Program-made: the position numbers and the translations under genes
Part shown: positions 50,641-62,910 of the stretch, in pieces
Numbering within the stretch: position 1 is the first letter of the stretch
Layout: every line of letters begins with the position of its first letter
Notes under the pieces: generated by a model
The model's input: the letters and a program-made list of their open reading frames with translations, nothing else
Database searches by the model: none
What the model was told of the DNA's origin: nothing
Assembly (NCBI GenBank): GCA_046563655.1
Contig: CM102290.1
Coordinates: forward strand, 186,001-250,000
Source: Yuukianura sp. NJ FZ-2021
Taxonomy: Eukaryota
DNA: 64,000 nucleotides
Direction of reading: 5' to 3'

Positions 50641-52358
50641 GGGCTAAGATGGAGCAGTGCAGCGGAAGAAGGTAAAATGGTGTAGCTCATAAAATATTCG
50701 ACTCAGGTGCACAATTGTTAGTTTTCCGCTTCGGTGTGCGGGGGTTGTAGAGGGGGGGGGGGTCTGGAGTAGGGGGGGGGGGTTGGAGGAAACGTTACCT
50801 GGCTCCACCGTAGCCTTCCTCCTGTGCTTCGATTGTTGTTCAACACGTTCTGAACATGTAAGTTATTGAATACGTGAGGAGCGTTTGGCGCGAAAAAGGA
50901 AAATTTTCGAAACAGAGACACGTTCGTATTATGTTTTTTTTTTTTCAAAGACTTTGTAAAGTAGACACGCTTGGTATGGCAAGGGCTTCTTCAAAATTCT
51001 CTTCGTTCTACAGTGTAAAATTAGAAAATTGAGAGCGGGAAAATTCAAAATCCAAAACCACGAGAGAGGAGTTGAATAATTAAGAAGGAATTGGAGGGTG
51101 CAGAGTAAGACTTTCACTTTGATGGTTCCTAGCAAAAGTTTTTTTTTTTTTGAATGAGGCCGCTGTTTTTTTGGAGGGCGGGTGACAGATTTTAAAATAT
51201 GAGTTTTCGAAAAGGCCAAAATAACTTGTCAAAAACTTTTTTTTTTAACTTTTTTTTTAAAGTGAGCCAAAAACTTTCGAAGCAGAAAAGTGATGACGGA
51301 GGTGGTCTTTCCGTGACGAAAAGTTGAGTAAAATATATGCGTAACCAACAGAACAAAAATTGTTAACCTCTGGAAAAAAAATTCGCCACAGTTTTCATTT
51401 TGAAATAAAAATTCCAAACTTTATTTTTAAAAAAAAAAGAGGAAAACCTGGAATTTCTTTTTTTAAATTCGCATTTAATGTTTTATCCATCATAATTTAT
51501 TTTTGTCTTGAGTGGAGCTTAAATTTGGAAAAAAAAAATTCCCGCTATGGATTTGTATGAAGTTGTTACAATATTGTATGATTAGGTTAGATTTAGAAGG
51601 ATTTGGGTGGATAGTGGGAAAAAATTTTTAAAAGAGGTTTGATGTTATGATAGGCTTTTTTTTTTGATTGCACTATGAGGAGGATTTTGTAGCAATTTGA
51701 GAAGAGAATTAAGAATGAGGCTTGAGAAAAATAAAAAGTGAGTTGAAAAAGAGCAGTGGCGGGAAGACATGAAAACGAAATCCCACTTTGAGCTTCCAGG
51801 AAGTGTCCTCAATTGTCCATTACTTTGATCCAGTCTGCTTCATGTCCTCTCCTGATTTCATTTTATACAACTTCATAGCATAAGGTGAAAAAAAAACCAT
51901 GAAAATCCCTTTTGAAAAAAAAAAAAAAATTCCAATTTTCATTTTTTTTTGCAATATTTGGAAAAATAGAGGATGTGGATTTTAGATTTGCGGACTTTCT
52001 CCTAGTAATAGTTGGAACTGTTCAGTAAGGTTTTAGAGTGACAATGACCAAGTCGCAGAAAGTTGGCCAGTGGCCAAGCGTGTTGGTAGAAAAGGTGTGT
52101 GCGGTGGATCGCTTCCAGCCTCCCCCATAAATCATTGTCATAGGAAAAGGAGTCGAAGGGAAAAATGTCTCCACTCTCCTCGGTCCACTTATTTCCAATT
52201 ACGTTTAATCGAGGGCTAGGACCAGGTTAGTACAGGAGACACGACCACTTCCGTCCATTCATCTCCCTCTTCAACCCCTTTCATCACTCCTCGTGACCCC
52301 TGACCTCTAAAACCAATGTGACCTTTAAAAGTTTCACCATAAGTGTAAAAAAAAATAA

Positions 52359-52430
52359 GGGACTGGGTGGGATTTGAACCCATATCTCCTCTATCCGGGA
52401 AGCACTCTAACATTTGAGCTATCTGGCTCC
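52359..52430 (-). pseudogene. tRNA-derived sequence (SINE head or tRNA pseudogene)
   Basis: Minus strand has TAGCTCAAATGTTAGAG (A box/D arm), TGGGTTCAAATCCCA (B box/T arm), then a T-run. The acceptor stem does not pair. Confidence 0.65.
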
Positions 52431-53157
52431 ACTCTACAAACTCTCGATTTAACCTTCCAAACACCACAAGGTCATGTACCTTGAGAAAAAAAATTTGGCT
52501 CGTTTTTTTTTTTTGAAAAGTTGATGCTGGAGATGAAGTGAAAGTTGGCAGAATTGGGTCATGAGAGAATTTATCTTCACAACAGGCGTTCTGGACGGTA
52601 TTAAAAAGATTTTGTTCATTTTAAGACGTGCGTTTTCGTTTGTCTGCGGTGATTTTTGCGCATTTCGTTTTTCTCTTCGTTTTTGAAAAAAAGTGAGGAA
52701 AAAAGATGCTGGACGTGACTTTTCGTTTTCACTTGGAGTTTGGAGAAGCGTAGAAATAGCATTTGAGCATTGTGAGGGATTAGTCCATTGCAGAAGCAGA
52801 GCACTTTTCTGTTCCATCGCTGGAGAAAGTGCGCTGGAACGCTGGAATGGGTAATCAGGGCTTAGTGCTGGACATGGACTCTTCCAGACCTTCCAGAAAA
52901 CAAGGCCTTCCAGCATCTAAGGAAGGTCTTGTTTTCTTGTTTGTTGGACACTACTCCTTCAACCCTTATTTACCTATAGTCTCTCCAAAGACAAATAAAC
53001 TTTTACTTTTACTTTGATCTTTTACCTCCTCCTCCTCCCTCCTCCTCCAGAGAGGCATAATCATCCTCTTGTTTTAAATTGAGAGAAATCAGAGAGAAAC
53101 CAACCTTCGCTGGCTCTCCTCTGCACTAATAAAAAGGAAAGCTCGAAAGAGAATTTT

Positions 53158-53234
53158 GGCTCAGAGGACAAGCAGCCTAAGTGGAAAGTGGGGGGTGGGG
53201 GTTCGAAACCCATACAGGAGGGAGATTTTTTTTT
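53158..53234 (+). pseudogene. Degenerate tRNA-like sequence
   Basis: A-box-like TGGCTCAGAGG, B box GGGTTCGAAACCC, downstream T-run. Confidence 0.45.
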
Positions 53235-54860
53235 TACAGAGGTCGTCGAAACCTGCTCTTGTTGACGACCTTTTCACCCGGGATCTCTCAGGTTTTATGC
53301 CATTTTAACTGGCCTCGGGTCTATGCACTTCTGTTGGTCTCTAGCGTATCTTTTCCGAGGAGCAAAATTTTTTTTCTGGAAGGGCAGAAAGTCTCCCCCT
53401 TGGTTCAAGAAGCTAAAACTTTCGTCCCTTTTGCTCAATAACAAGAATTCAAACGACTCGGAGTCATAAATCCACCAATCACGTTTCATTGGCTCTGCTC
53501 TTAAGTTTTCTGCCTCTTCCCCTCTCTCTCCTTTGTGTTTTTGGCTGCGGAAGAGATGTTTCACAGTCCAAAAATAAATTTTCTGGTTCGTACAAATTGA
53601 CTAAAGAAAAAGAAACTGTTCTGGACAAATTCTTTTTTGGAGTTGCTTTTTTCAGTACAGGAGGAAATGGTTTTTTTAAGTAGAAAAACACGAATCGAAG
53701 TTGTAAACAAGGAGAAAGGGGGAGTTTTCTGAATTGGAAGAAGAAAATTGTGGTCAAAGTTTGGACGTTTTGGTTAGATTTTATTTTGGCGAAAAGTGTT
53801 GCAAAAATTGTTTTGGGTTGAGATTGGAAAGTGATTGTGGATGCTGATCGTTTTTTTCTTGTTGGTTGAAGTAAGGAATAAGTTGGTGGGTACATGAAGG
53901 GAGAAGGAGTAGGTTCAGGGATCGGTATATTAAAGTCGTTTATCTTCCTCCATCTTCCAGGAAGTCCTTTTTCCTGCCTCTTCTCTTGGTGGGGCTATGG
54001 TGGGACTCTGGTGGGTGTCTCCTCGTAGTGGTTGAAATCGGATTTTCTTGACCCTAGGCCAATATATTCATCTCAAATGGACGTGTAGAGATTAAACTCA
54101 TGCCTAAAATAAATTGGATTCAGTTCCTTTTTCTCTCTGCACTTCCTTATTTCCTAGGTTAGGTTAAGGTTAGGCTATGCTACATATTTCTTATTCCGCT
54201 TTTAGTTTACAGTAGTGTGCAGTACAACTGTCGACAAGTTCAAAAGTTGGCGCGAAGAGGATGCAGATTGGATTTTGAAAACGACTTGAAAAAAAAAACA
54301 GTGTGTAGGGAAAAAAAAACTTTCAAAAGAAACTAAACTACAAGAAAAAAAATGACCTCCGGTTTGGAGAAAAAATTTTTGTAGCAAAAGAAATTTTTTT
54401 TGTAGAAAAAAATTAGTTTCCTGAATTTTTTTGCCAAAGAAAAATTCACTCCCGTTGAGTTTTTATTATTTTTTTTTTTTTGTAAAAAATTCTACAGCAG
54501 TTTTTTTTTATTTCGTAAGCTGATTTTGCTTGTAGCAAAGATGCTTTTGGAAGAATGTTTTAGCAACACACGAAAGTTTTTGCAGTTTTTTTTTGAACAG
54601 CGAAAAAGTTTCAGTTTGGCACTTTTTTCTATAAATTGAATTTTAGCGCGTGTGTTTGGTGGCTCATCTGGGACTGGTAGAATGTTAGTGAAATGGCCAT
54701 TTGTTTTGGCCTAATTGCCATGGCAAAGAGCACATTTAGGACAAAATCAATTGGAATGAAGGCTATAATTCCTCTTGTTCCTTTGTCTTTTAAGGACGGA
54801 TGACCTAAAACCGGAGTCTCTCTTGTGTGTCGATTCTTTTTTGTGACGGAAGACCGAGTC

Positions 54861-55185
54861 ATGTATCGGTTTCAACCCGGCACAAATCGATCTAATGGAA
54901 TCTACTGTGAACCCGACACGAATCCACATTCACTCCACTTCTCACCAAACTCCCAGCAGGGAACAGCCAACAAGAAGAATAGTCAAGGGGCTTTAAGGGC
55001 CCACCAGCCCCACCATGGTGGGGCTCGAAGGGGGAGGCAAGGGGGGCCCTTACCGCCGGTACACAGAAGTGACCAGGATTCGGAGCTTGACTCTTCGTCT
55101 GAAGTTTCGGATGGACCGTATGCGGAATCTGAGAGTCATGGAATCAATTTGCAGAGCAGGATGAACATGAATCATAACCAAAGCA
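54861..55185 (+). CDS. First coding exon of a large-intron gene, probably a teneurin intracellular N-terminus
   Basis: ATG at 54861, GC-rich ORF MYRFQPG...DSELDSSSEVSDGPY...HNQS, consensus donor A|GTAAGT (phase 1) compatible with exon 61601-61765. Exon status is well supported, the family identity is tentative. Confidence 0.55.
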
Positions 55186-55608
55186 GTAAGTCCAAACCAC
55201 AACGCAGTTGTTAAACTTTCTCTTTTTCTAAACTTTCTTTTGACAAACGGCAATTTTCTTTTGCTTCTGGGAGTTTTTAAACAAAAGTATTCAAGTTTTG
55301 AAAAAAAAAAAAGTTGGAATACTTTTGCCATTTTTTTTGGAGAAAGTTTACGTACTACAAAAGGTTTTTGTCTGAAAAATTGCAGTGTTTATCCCTCCGT
55401 ATTCTTTTTTTTTAAATTGGCGCGTTTTTCCCCTCATACTTTTTTATCGAAAGTGCAGGTTTGCTTTAGAAAAATTGGCGGGTTTTGGGTTTCTTGAAAT
55501 GATCTTACAATATCCAGGAATCATTATGTAGTTAACCCAAACCCATCATAGGTTAACTCATCGAATTGCACTTAACTAACGTAAAATTTGGGTCAACTTG
55601 GCTTCGAG

Positions 55609-55621
55609 AGGTCAATGACCT
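55609..55621. promoter_or_regulatory. Perfect IR1 AGGTCAATGACCT (EcRE consensus) in the intron
   Basis: Exact match, ~420 bp downstream of the exon donor. Confidence 0.45.
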
Positions 55622-58600
55622 TGATTTTATAGGTTTTTGCCATTGGGTCAGAAAGTAGAGTGTACTATGGGATTTCTGCAAGGCATCAGTTAGGAAAAAC
55701 CTGCAGTATTTTCTTTGTGGATCGATCAGCTTCCTTTTCTTTTCGGTGGAAATTGATTCTTCTGCTCCTTAATCTCAGGAGCGGAACCACCTTCCGCTTT
55801 CCCCACCACCGTTAACAGACCCACCACCCCACCCCACCCCAGGGAACATCCAAACTCACTTAGGAAAAGAAAATTTCAAAAAACTAAGTTTCCACACTCA
55901 CCCGATTTTTGTTTGTTGGTTCTCCATCTTTAGCAAAGTGGAAACTCTGGAGAGTGATCACTTTTGCCAACAAAACAAAAAAAAAAACGAACTTAAAAAA
56001 ACATTTTTTTTCTTTTTAAATCTGCAAGGATAATAGTTTTGTAAGTTTTTGAGAAAGTGATGAAAGATTTGTAAAGATTCGTTTATGATTAGATCAGCAG
56101 AAAAAGAAAGTTTTTTTTTGTCAGATGATTTGTGTGAGACATTTCCCGTCGTTACCTTAGACTTTTTCTATGCCAATCACATCGAACGAGAAAATTTTTT
56201 TTTCCAAGTTAGACCTCTTTTTTCGGAAAAAAAAATCTGGAAAAAGTAAGAATGTTATGAGGGGGATCCAATATCATTTCATTTCCATTGGCGTGTGGAA
56301 AAGTCGAAGGATTTGATTGCACAAAAAACGAAAAGAAGGAAAAAAGTTCAGTAAGCCAGAAATCCATCGCCCCTTGGGACGAAGGATACTACGCGAATAT
56401 TCTTGTCTGATTGAATGCTCTCATGATATTCCCCCCATGATTTTTTGACCCCCTCCATGATTTTTTGCCCCCCCCCCATGATTTTCCGATACCCCCTCCC
56501 CCCTTCATTTTTTTTTCTAGAAGAAATATGTAATAGAGACTTTCTGATCCACTCGGTCTGATTGATTAGAGAAGATTTTTTTGGCAGTTTCCGCCCCTGT
56601 CTCTCATCCATAAATTATACTTTCTCCTGTGCTAAAAAGACTAAAGGTTTTTCCTTCTGCTAAAAAGACTAAAGGTTTTTACTGTCTAAACTTGAGTTTT
56701 TAGGAAGACAGCGCGGGAAGGAGGTTTTCAAAAAGTTGGAATCATTTTCTTAATTCAATTCCCAGGACTTTCACTCTCCTTTTCTCCAACAATTTTGTGT
56801 GGAGTTTTATAGTTGAAGCAGAAGAAAGCGATTTTGGAGGGAGAAACTTTTCCAATTTTCTGACTCCGTTCTTTTTGAAGGAAACTGGACTTAATAAGTA
56901 ATGAAGGGAGTCCAACACTTGTGAGAACGGATATGCCACAATGTCACGCCAAGGAGAGGTTTGCATTTGATTTTCAATGTGATTTGATTTCGGATTTTGG
57001 CGGAGGTGGTACAACGGAGTTCCACTTTCTTTTTTGTTTTTGTCCAAAAGTCATAGTTTCTTAGTTGCTTTTTGGAATGGTTGCATGTGGGTGCCAATCA
57101 TAAATTCCTGGGAGGCTTTTTTGTGTTCTCGTGTTCATAATTGGACTTGTGATTCTGGAGATTAGTTTCTGTGTGCTGCTCATTGTTGGACGGAGAAAGC
57201 ATAATTACTTCCTTCCGCCTACGCATCTTCTTAAGCCTCCTGACATTGTCCTGGAATGCTCATTTTTTCTATGCTGAGCACAAAAAGTGCTCCAGGAACT
57301 GTGCATTTTGTGCATAGAAGGCAGGAGGAGTGTGCACAAAATTTTTGGCGGGAGAAAAACCAGGTAGACTCGGTCGACTTTCTTTTTAGCCTCTTTTCTT
57401 TGTTTTGCACCAGAAATTTAGTGGACTTTTTTTTGTGCACAAATTTTGGGATTATGTTTACACTCGGACTTTGAATTTTCTGGATTTTGAAAGTTTCGGA
57501 CTGAATTTTGAAATGTTTAGTTTTTGGAGCGTTTTTGTTGTATTTTTAACTCTGTGCTAGGCTGAGGATGTGCTGCCCATTTTTGAAATGGGATAGTTGC
57601 AGAAGTGAAGTGGAAGAAAAGTTTTTGGTTGGGAGAGAGAAAGTTAAGTGGAGAAAGTTTTGGTGGTGAAAGTGGGTAGAATTTCCATACTAATGATGAT
57701 AAGTGCATTTCGCTTTGAGTAATTGAATTATGAAGTAAATTAATCAGACTAATTGAGACGTATTTTCCTCTTCTACTTCCTCTCCACACACAATCAATTT
57801 CCTCTTCCTCCTCCTCCCTCCTCCTCCCCCTCCGGAGGACCATCGTTTATAATCATGGGACCCCCATACTCTTAGGAAAGTGGCTCTTTGACTGCAAAAG
57901 ATACGTGGGGGGCACCCCTCCTCCTCCTCCTCCCTCCGTCCATGGCCTTAACCATCCAATCCAGGAAGAATGGAAAATGATAATGGAAATCATAATCTGA
58001 CTCTGTCATCTCCCTTCCGCTTCTCTTCTTCCCTCCAAGCCTCCTTTTTCTAGCTAAGTTTTTAAAAAACTAAAAAAAATTTTTGAGGAGAGAGACCCCC
58101 AGGGACCCTTAGACAAAATCTGCAGTCATGTAATTACAGGGGAGGACTTTTAGACTTGATATAGATTTGATTTTACTCCGTTTTTCCACTTTTCCAAAAA
58201 GATTTTTGACGAAAGTCTTCTTCAACTTTTTTCCAAATTTCAATTTAAATTAAACCAGAGTTCAAATCAAATTTCCATTTCACTTCTTTCTACTCGTAGA
58301 ATTTCGATATCATCTAGAGGCAGGGCTCGAATTTTTTTCAAAACTTTGGTGAAACTTTAAACAAATTTAAAATGTGGGGAAATGAAAGTAAAAATTGTTA
58401 ACGTGATTTTTGTGGATACGGGCGTTGAGTAAAAGTTTGTTGATAGCAAGTGTGTTGAGGTAGAATTTCGGTATCATAAAATAATAGTATAATAAATAAC
58501 TTTAAACATATGAAAATTTGAAGCGGGATGACGGTTAGGTAATGAAAGCAGGAATTATTGTGTAGGTAATTTTTGTGGGTAGGAAGTGTGTTGACGTAAT

Positions 58601-60212
58601 TTGTGTGTAAACCATGTGTGTTGAGTAAAAGTTTGTTGATTGTGTAGATGTTAGAGTGAAAGTGATGTTTGTGGAGTGATGTGCCGCGTGTTTTTGAATC
58701 TGGAGGAAAGGAGTGGGGAGATGTCAATGGGAATTAAGTGTGTTTGGAGGTCTGGGAGTGAAGTGGAAAGCTGGTGCTGGGAGGGCGTTGGATCCTGTCT
58801 GCCCAACACTATTTATGTTCCTCCACACCTCCGATGCCCATCTCTGGAGGAGGAGGAGGAGGAGGGAGGTGTAGTGTAAAGGGAATTAAAACAGAACTTT
58901 CACTTGAGCAGAGGCGTCGAAAGGAGAAAGTGGGATTTTAAACTCAGAGTTCAGATATGGGCATCTGCTCATGTGAAGCAGAAACCAGGACCAGATATGG
59001 GCATCTTCTCACATGGATACAGAAACCCACTTTGGGATATTAGGAACCACCACAACACCTCCGACTCAACCCCCCCCCCATTCCAAGGGGGGGGGTCTCC
59101 CCTCCCACTGTTCACACGTCGAGGAAAGTTTGGGTGCCGCTTTTTCTCAATCCTCGTTTATTAACTTGTCTTTCCTTTTAAGTTCAAAGAAGTTCAAAAG
59201 GGGAAGTTTCGCTGGTGAAAGTCGCCGCGGAATAAACACGCGCCAAAGTCAAAGGTTACCGACGATACACTCAAGTTTTTCGCTCCTAAAATTCTTGATT
59301 TCTATGTGCAACTTCATTTTTTAACAAAAGTTTCGGTTTCTTTTTGATACGGTAGTCGAAGTCGGTGGTCTTATTTTGAAAATGTGGAATATCTTGTTTT
59401 TAAAGTTGTTTTTTTAATAATGTGAGGAGGGGGGTTTATGAAATTGAACCTAATTTTCCCGCTCCACAGTTTGAAGTCATCTTTACATAGTCTATGCATA
59501 TCCAATTCTTAATGGTGAACTTAGGTTGTTAAACTTATGCATTACATTCTTCTCCATAATGATCCTGTGAGGTTCACTTTAATGGCACTCCCCTCCCCCT
59601 TGCTTTCCCTTGATAACTCCCTACATTTCATTTTAAACTCTGTACACCATGTTCAAAAAGTTTTTGAAACTTAAAAAAAACCGGCATCTGGTTTCTTTTC
59701 ATTGCAACTTTACCAATGTCGTTGATTTTTGTATTTTTGAAGAAAAAGAGAAGTAGTTTTTGGAAATGGGATTGGGCACAATTTTGCTGGAAACGGCTGA
59801 TCCTGTAGATATTGAAAAGCAATTGAGAGCAAGAAATTTTAAATTTTAGAAGGAAAAGTGCGTGTTTCGGATTCGAAGTTTTGGATTTTGTAAGTTTTGG
59901 AGAAAATTTCACGGTTTTAAAACCTTCCCTTGTACAATTTCGGTTGAACTCCAGACTATTTATTCAGACTTTTAATGAGGTATGTGCTGAGAATTTGAAA
60001 GTGAAGATTTCAAAGTACGCGGGAGAAGGAGGGGGGTGGTGTAAAGTGAAAGTGGGGGGAGTGAAAGTAGGGGGCAGAATAATGAAATGAAATGAGAGAA
60101 ACTATGGAGAGTGATAAATTGCTTTGATTTGAGTTTGATAAGGCCAGTTTTGTTCATTATTTAAAGAAAAACTGGCGGGAACAATTATTGAAAAAGAAAA
60201 CGATTCAAAAAC

Positions 60213-60370
60213 TAGTACACCTAATTCTCTAAATAAGAAACTAAAAACCTCAACCCTTTCTCCATTTGTTGTCGTGGGCCTCAGTGAGACTTCTTCTATG
60301 TCCGCATTGAGGCCTCATTGAAAAGAAATAGAGAAAAGTTTGAGGTTTTTAGTTTCTTATTTTGAGAATG
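60213..60370. mobile_element. MITE whose right arm is interrupted by a LINE (remaining terminus at 61561-61570)
   Basis: attctctaaataagaaactaaaaacctcaaccc (from 60224) is complementary to tttgaggtttttagtttcttattttgagaat (to 60369). The outer termini tagtaca (60213) and tgtacta (to 61570) pair once the LINE is removed. Confidence 0.75.
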
Positions 60371-61546
60371 CTGAAAAAACAAACTTACATTGATCTCTGG
60401 ACGGTAAAAATGCTGCTTAACTCATTGGTTAAATCAACAACGTTATATAACTGTGAAATCTGGGGGTTACTCCACTCAAACACCATAGAAACTGTGCAAC
60501 AAAACTACTACAAACGAGTTTTCCACCTACCGTTTACTACTCCTAGGTACTTCATTCGGCTAGAAACAAACTCTCCTCCACTAGAATTCGAAATAGTCAA
60601 AAGAACCTGGCATCTATTCACAAAATTCCACTCCAAATCGTGCTCTGACCTCACAAAAAATGCATATTTACAACTAAGGAAAATTACGTTACTTCACCCT
60701 GACCCGAAGTACAGTTGGTGCCTACAGCTAAGATCTGCCCTTACCCACATCGGGGAAGAGGACATCTATGACAGTGGATTCATCCATGACATCAAAGCAA
60801 AAACAAAAGTCATAATCGGAAACTTTGCTAACTTCTACAGAGAAGCTGACAAACGAAGAGCATTGATGTCCAGGTGCATACCACACTACTCTACTCTCAC
60901 AGAAGATTTCCCGGCAAAGGAATTACTCTCTAAACGATTCCCAGCCTACCTCACCAGGATGGTTTTGCAGATCCGACTGAACATGAACCAACTTTACCAC
61001 AACGGAAAATGGGTTGATCTCGGGCAATTCAAGGAAAAACAATGTAGTTTTTGTGGAGACCAACTATCATTCTACCATGCCCTATGGACCTGTCCGCAGA
61101 CTACTGTACTCCGGAACCAATTACAAATCCCCCCGTACCATTGTCCAATTCTCTGGGTCAGTTCACACGCCAATGACATCATATTCATCAGAAATCTTCA
61201 AAATTTGAACCACAGAGTGCTGAAAATGTTCGAGCCAACGCTGGACCGATGAACCCGTGAATACCATCGTAACCCCATCGGAACGTCCTGCCCATCGCTG
61301 AATTCTCGCCCGACTATTCTCAGTATTAAGTCTTTTTACCCCCCTAACTTTACCCTGGACGCTGTATGACGTACATCATTTTACTTATTTGTTATTGACC
61401 GTGCTACTATGTTTTACTTACTTCACACTTACTTATTTTTAATTTACTTACTACGTACTTTAACTTTTAACTCTTATGAGCTGCAGGATGTGTAATTGAT
61501 AGGGCAAATGGCCAAATCAAATAAAATTGATTGATTGATTGATTGA
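60371..61546 (+). mobile_element. 5'-truncated non-LTR retrotransposon (RTE-X-like), C-terminal ORF plus 3' UTR
   Basis: Stop-free ~290-aa frame with LVKSTTLYNCEIWG (post-RT thumb region) and CCHC knuckle CSFC-x7-H-x4-C. AATAAA at ~61520, (ATTG)n tail, exact 14-bp TSD TTATTTTGAGAATG at 60357-60370 and 61547-61560. Confidence 0.9.
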
Positions 61547-61600
61547 TTATTTTGAGAATGTACTGTACTAAATTTTTAATTTTTTCGTTTGAATCTGTAG

Positions 61601-61765
61601 GTGGAATCGACTCTCCACCGGAACCCGCTCCGTCTGACCTTCCTTTACGGATGAACGGGGGTTTCCGTGGCCCCCCGACGAAACCCCCTTATGACAGGGG
61701 GGATGACATGGACTCTGAACAGCACTATCACAACCAACCCACCTCAGGCGTCTATCTTCCACAAG
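61601..61765 (+). CDS. Second coding exon (165 nt, phase 1-1) of the probable teneurin gene, which continues beyond the window
   Basis: Acceptor ctgtag|, donor AAG|GTAAGG. GIDSPPEPAPSDLPLRMNG...PTSGVYLPQ resembles the Pro-rich PxAPxDVPxR..MxNG..SGxVYIP pattern recalled for arthropod teneurin intracellular domains. Confidence 0.55.
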
Positions 61766-62529
61766 GTAAGGTTACGTTTATGCTAGGAGAAATGGGGCCT
61801 TGTCAGCCTCCCCATTTGTCATTTCAACTCGAGAGGGGGGGTTCCTTCGAGGCAGGGAACCCCCTTCTTTTTGGAGGCAGTGAACCCTCCCCCCTTCTTT
61901 TTGAATTTGGTGAAAGTGAGCCTTTGAGTTGAAAGAAAGTGGGGAAGGGGGGTTAATGGCTCTGATTGACACATGAAAAATATCTCCTGTCTGGCATTTA
62001 GGAGGTTCCCCCCTCCTTAAACTTTTTTTACTCTAACTTTTCTATTTGATAGGTTAGGTTTTTGTGTGAGTTGGGTAAATAGTAGACGTGGAGGTGCACT
62101 TGGGTTGAATTGTATTTCCAAACTTCCATACACTTTACAAAACACTTCCATTGAAAAAAAAATTTAGAGAGAGCTAAGGCTCCTTTGCTGGAGGGAACAC
62201 AGTATACGGTAAGGAGGTTCTCGAGGGCGTCGAAGTAGGACAAGGCTCTCTTGGGTTGTAGTACTACACGTGGAACGAGCCTTTCAAACTACTTTTTACT
62301 TATTCCCTTTCATCGGTTCAAAAGTTCAAACTTTTTCCGCCAAAAAAAAATAAAAAATAAGATACGAAAACCGGTTTGCGAACGCAGAGAAACTACCGGG
62401 GGAAAGTTCGGGAAAAAAAAGCTTTTTCTCAGAGTTTTTGATATTTTTGTTGTCAATTTTTGTACATGCGTTTGAGTTATTAAAAATTTGCTGATTGGGC
62501 AAATGAGGAGACTGTTTTTTTTTAAATTA

Positions 62530-62910
62530 CTTTCGCACGGGAAAATTTTGCTGTAGCAAAACTTTGTTGTACTGCAAATAAAATTTTGCTGTAGAGCAAA
62601 GAAAATTTCTCTATATTTTAGAATGAAGGGTTTACATCTTGGGCAAACAAATTTTTTTGCTTTTGGTAGGTGATCATTTTTTTATTGGGAATTCAAAATT
62701 TTTGCTACTGGGCAAGTAAAATTTTTTGCCGTCATGAAAATTTTTTGCTGTAAAAAAAGCAGCCTTTAGGTGGTTGGCAAGCAATTTTTTTTTGCTTTAG
62801 CAGCTGACTATTTTGTTGTTGGAATTTCAGAATTTTTGGTCGTTGGGGAAGTAAAATTTTTGCTGTCAGGCTAAAATTTTTGCTGTCAGACTAAAATTTT
62901 TTGCCGTGGT
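62530..62910. repeat. Degenerate AAATTTTTTGCTGT tandem repeat
   Basis: About ten degenerate units. Confidence 0.7.

Noticed and set aside
52359..52430. Functional tRNA gene
   Set aside because: The acceptor and anticodon stems do not pair properly.
49023..54175. TTAGG runs as interstitial telomeres (also ~12025)
   Set aside because: Only 2-3 imperfect units each, consistent with a common short repeat.
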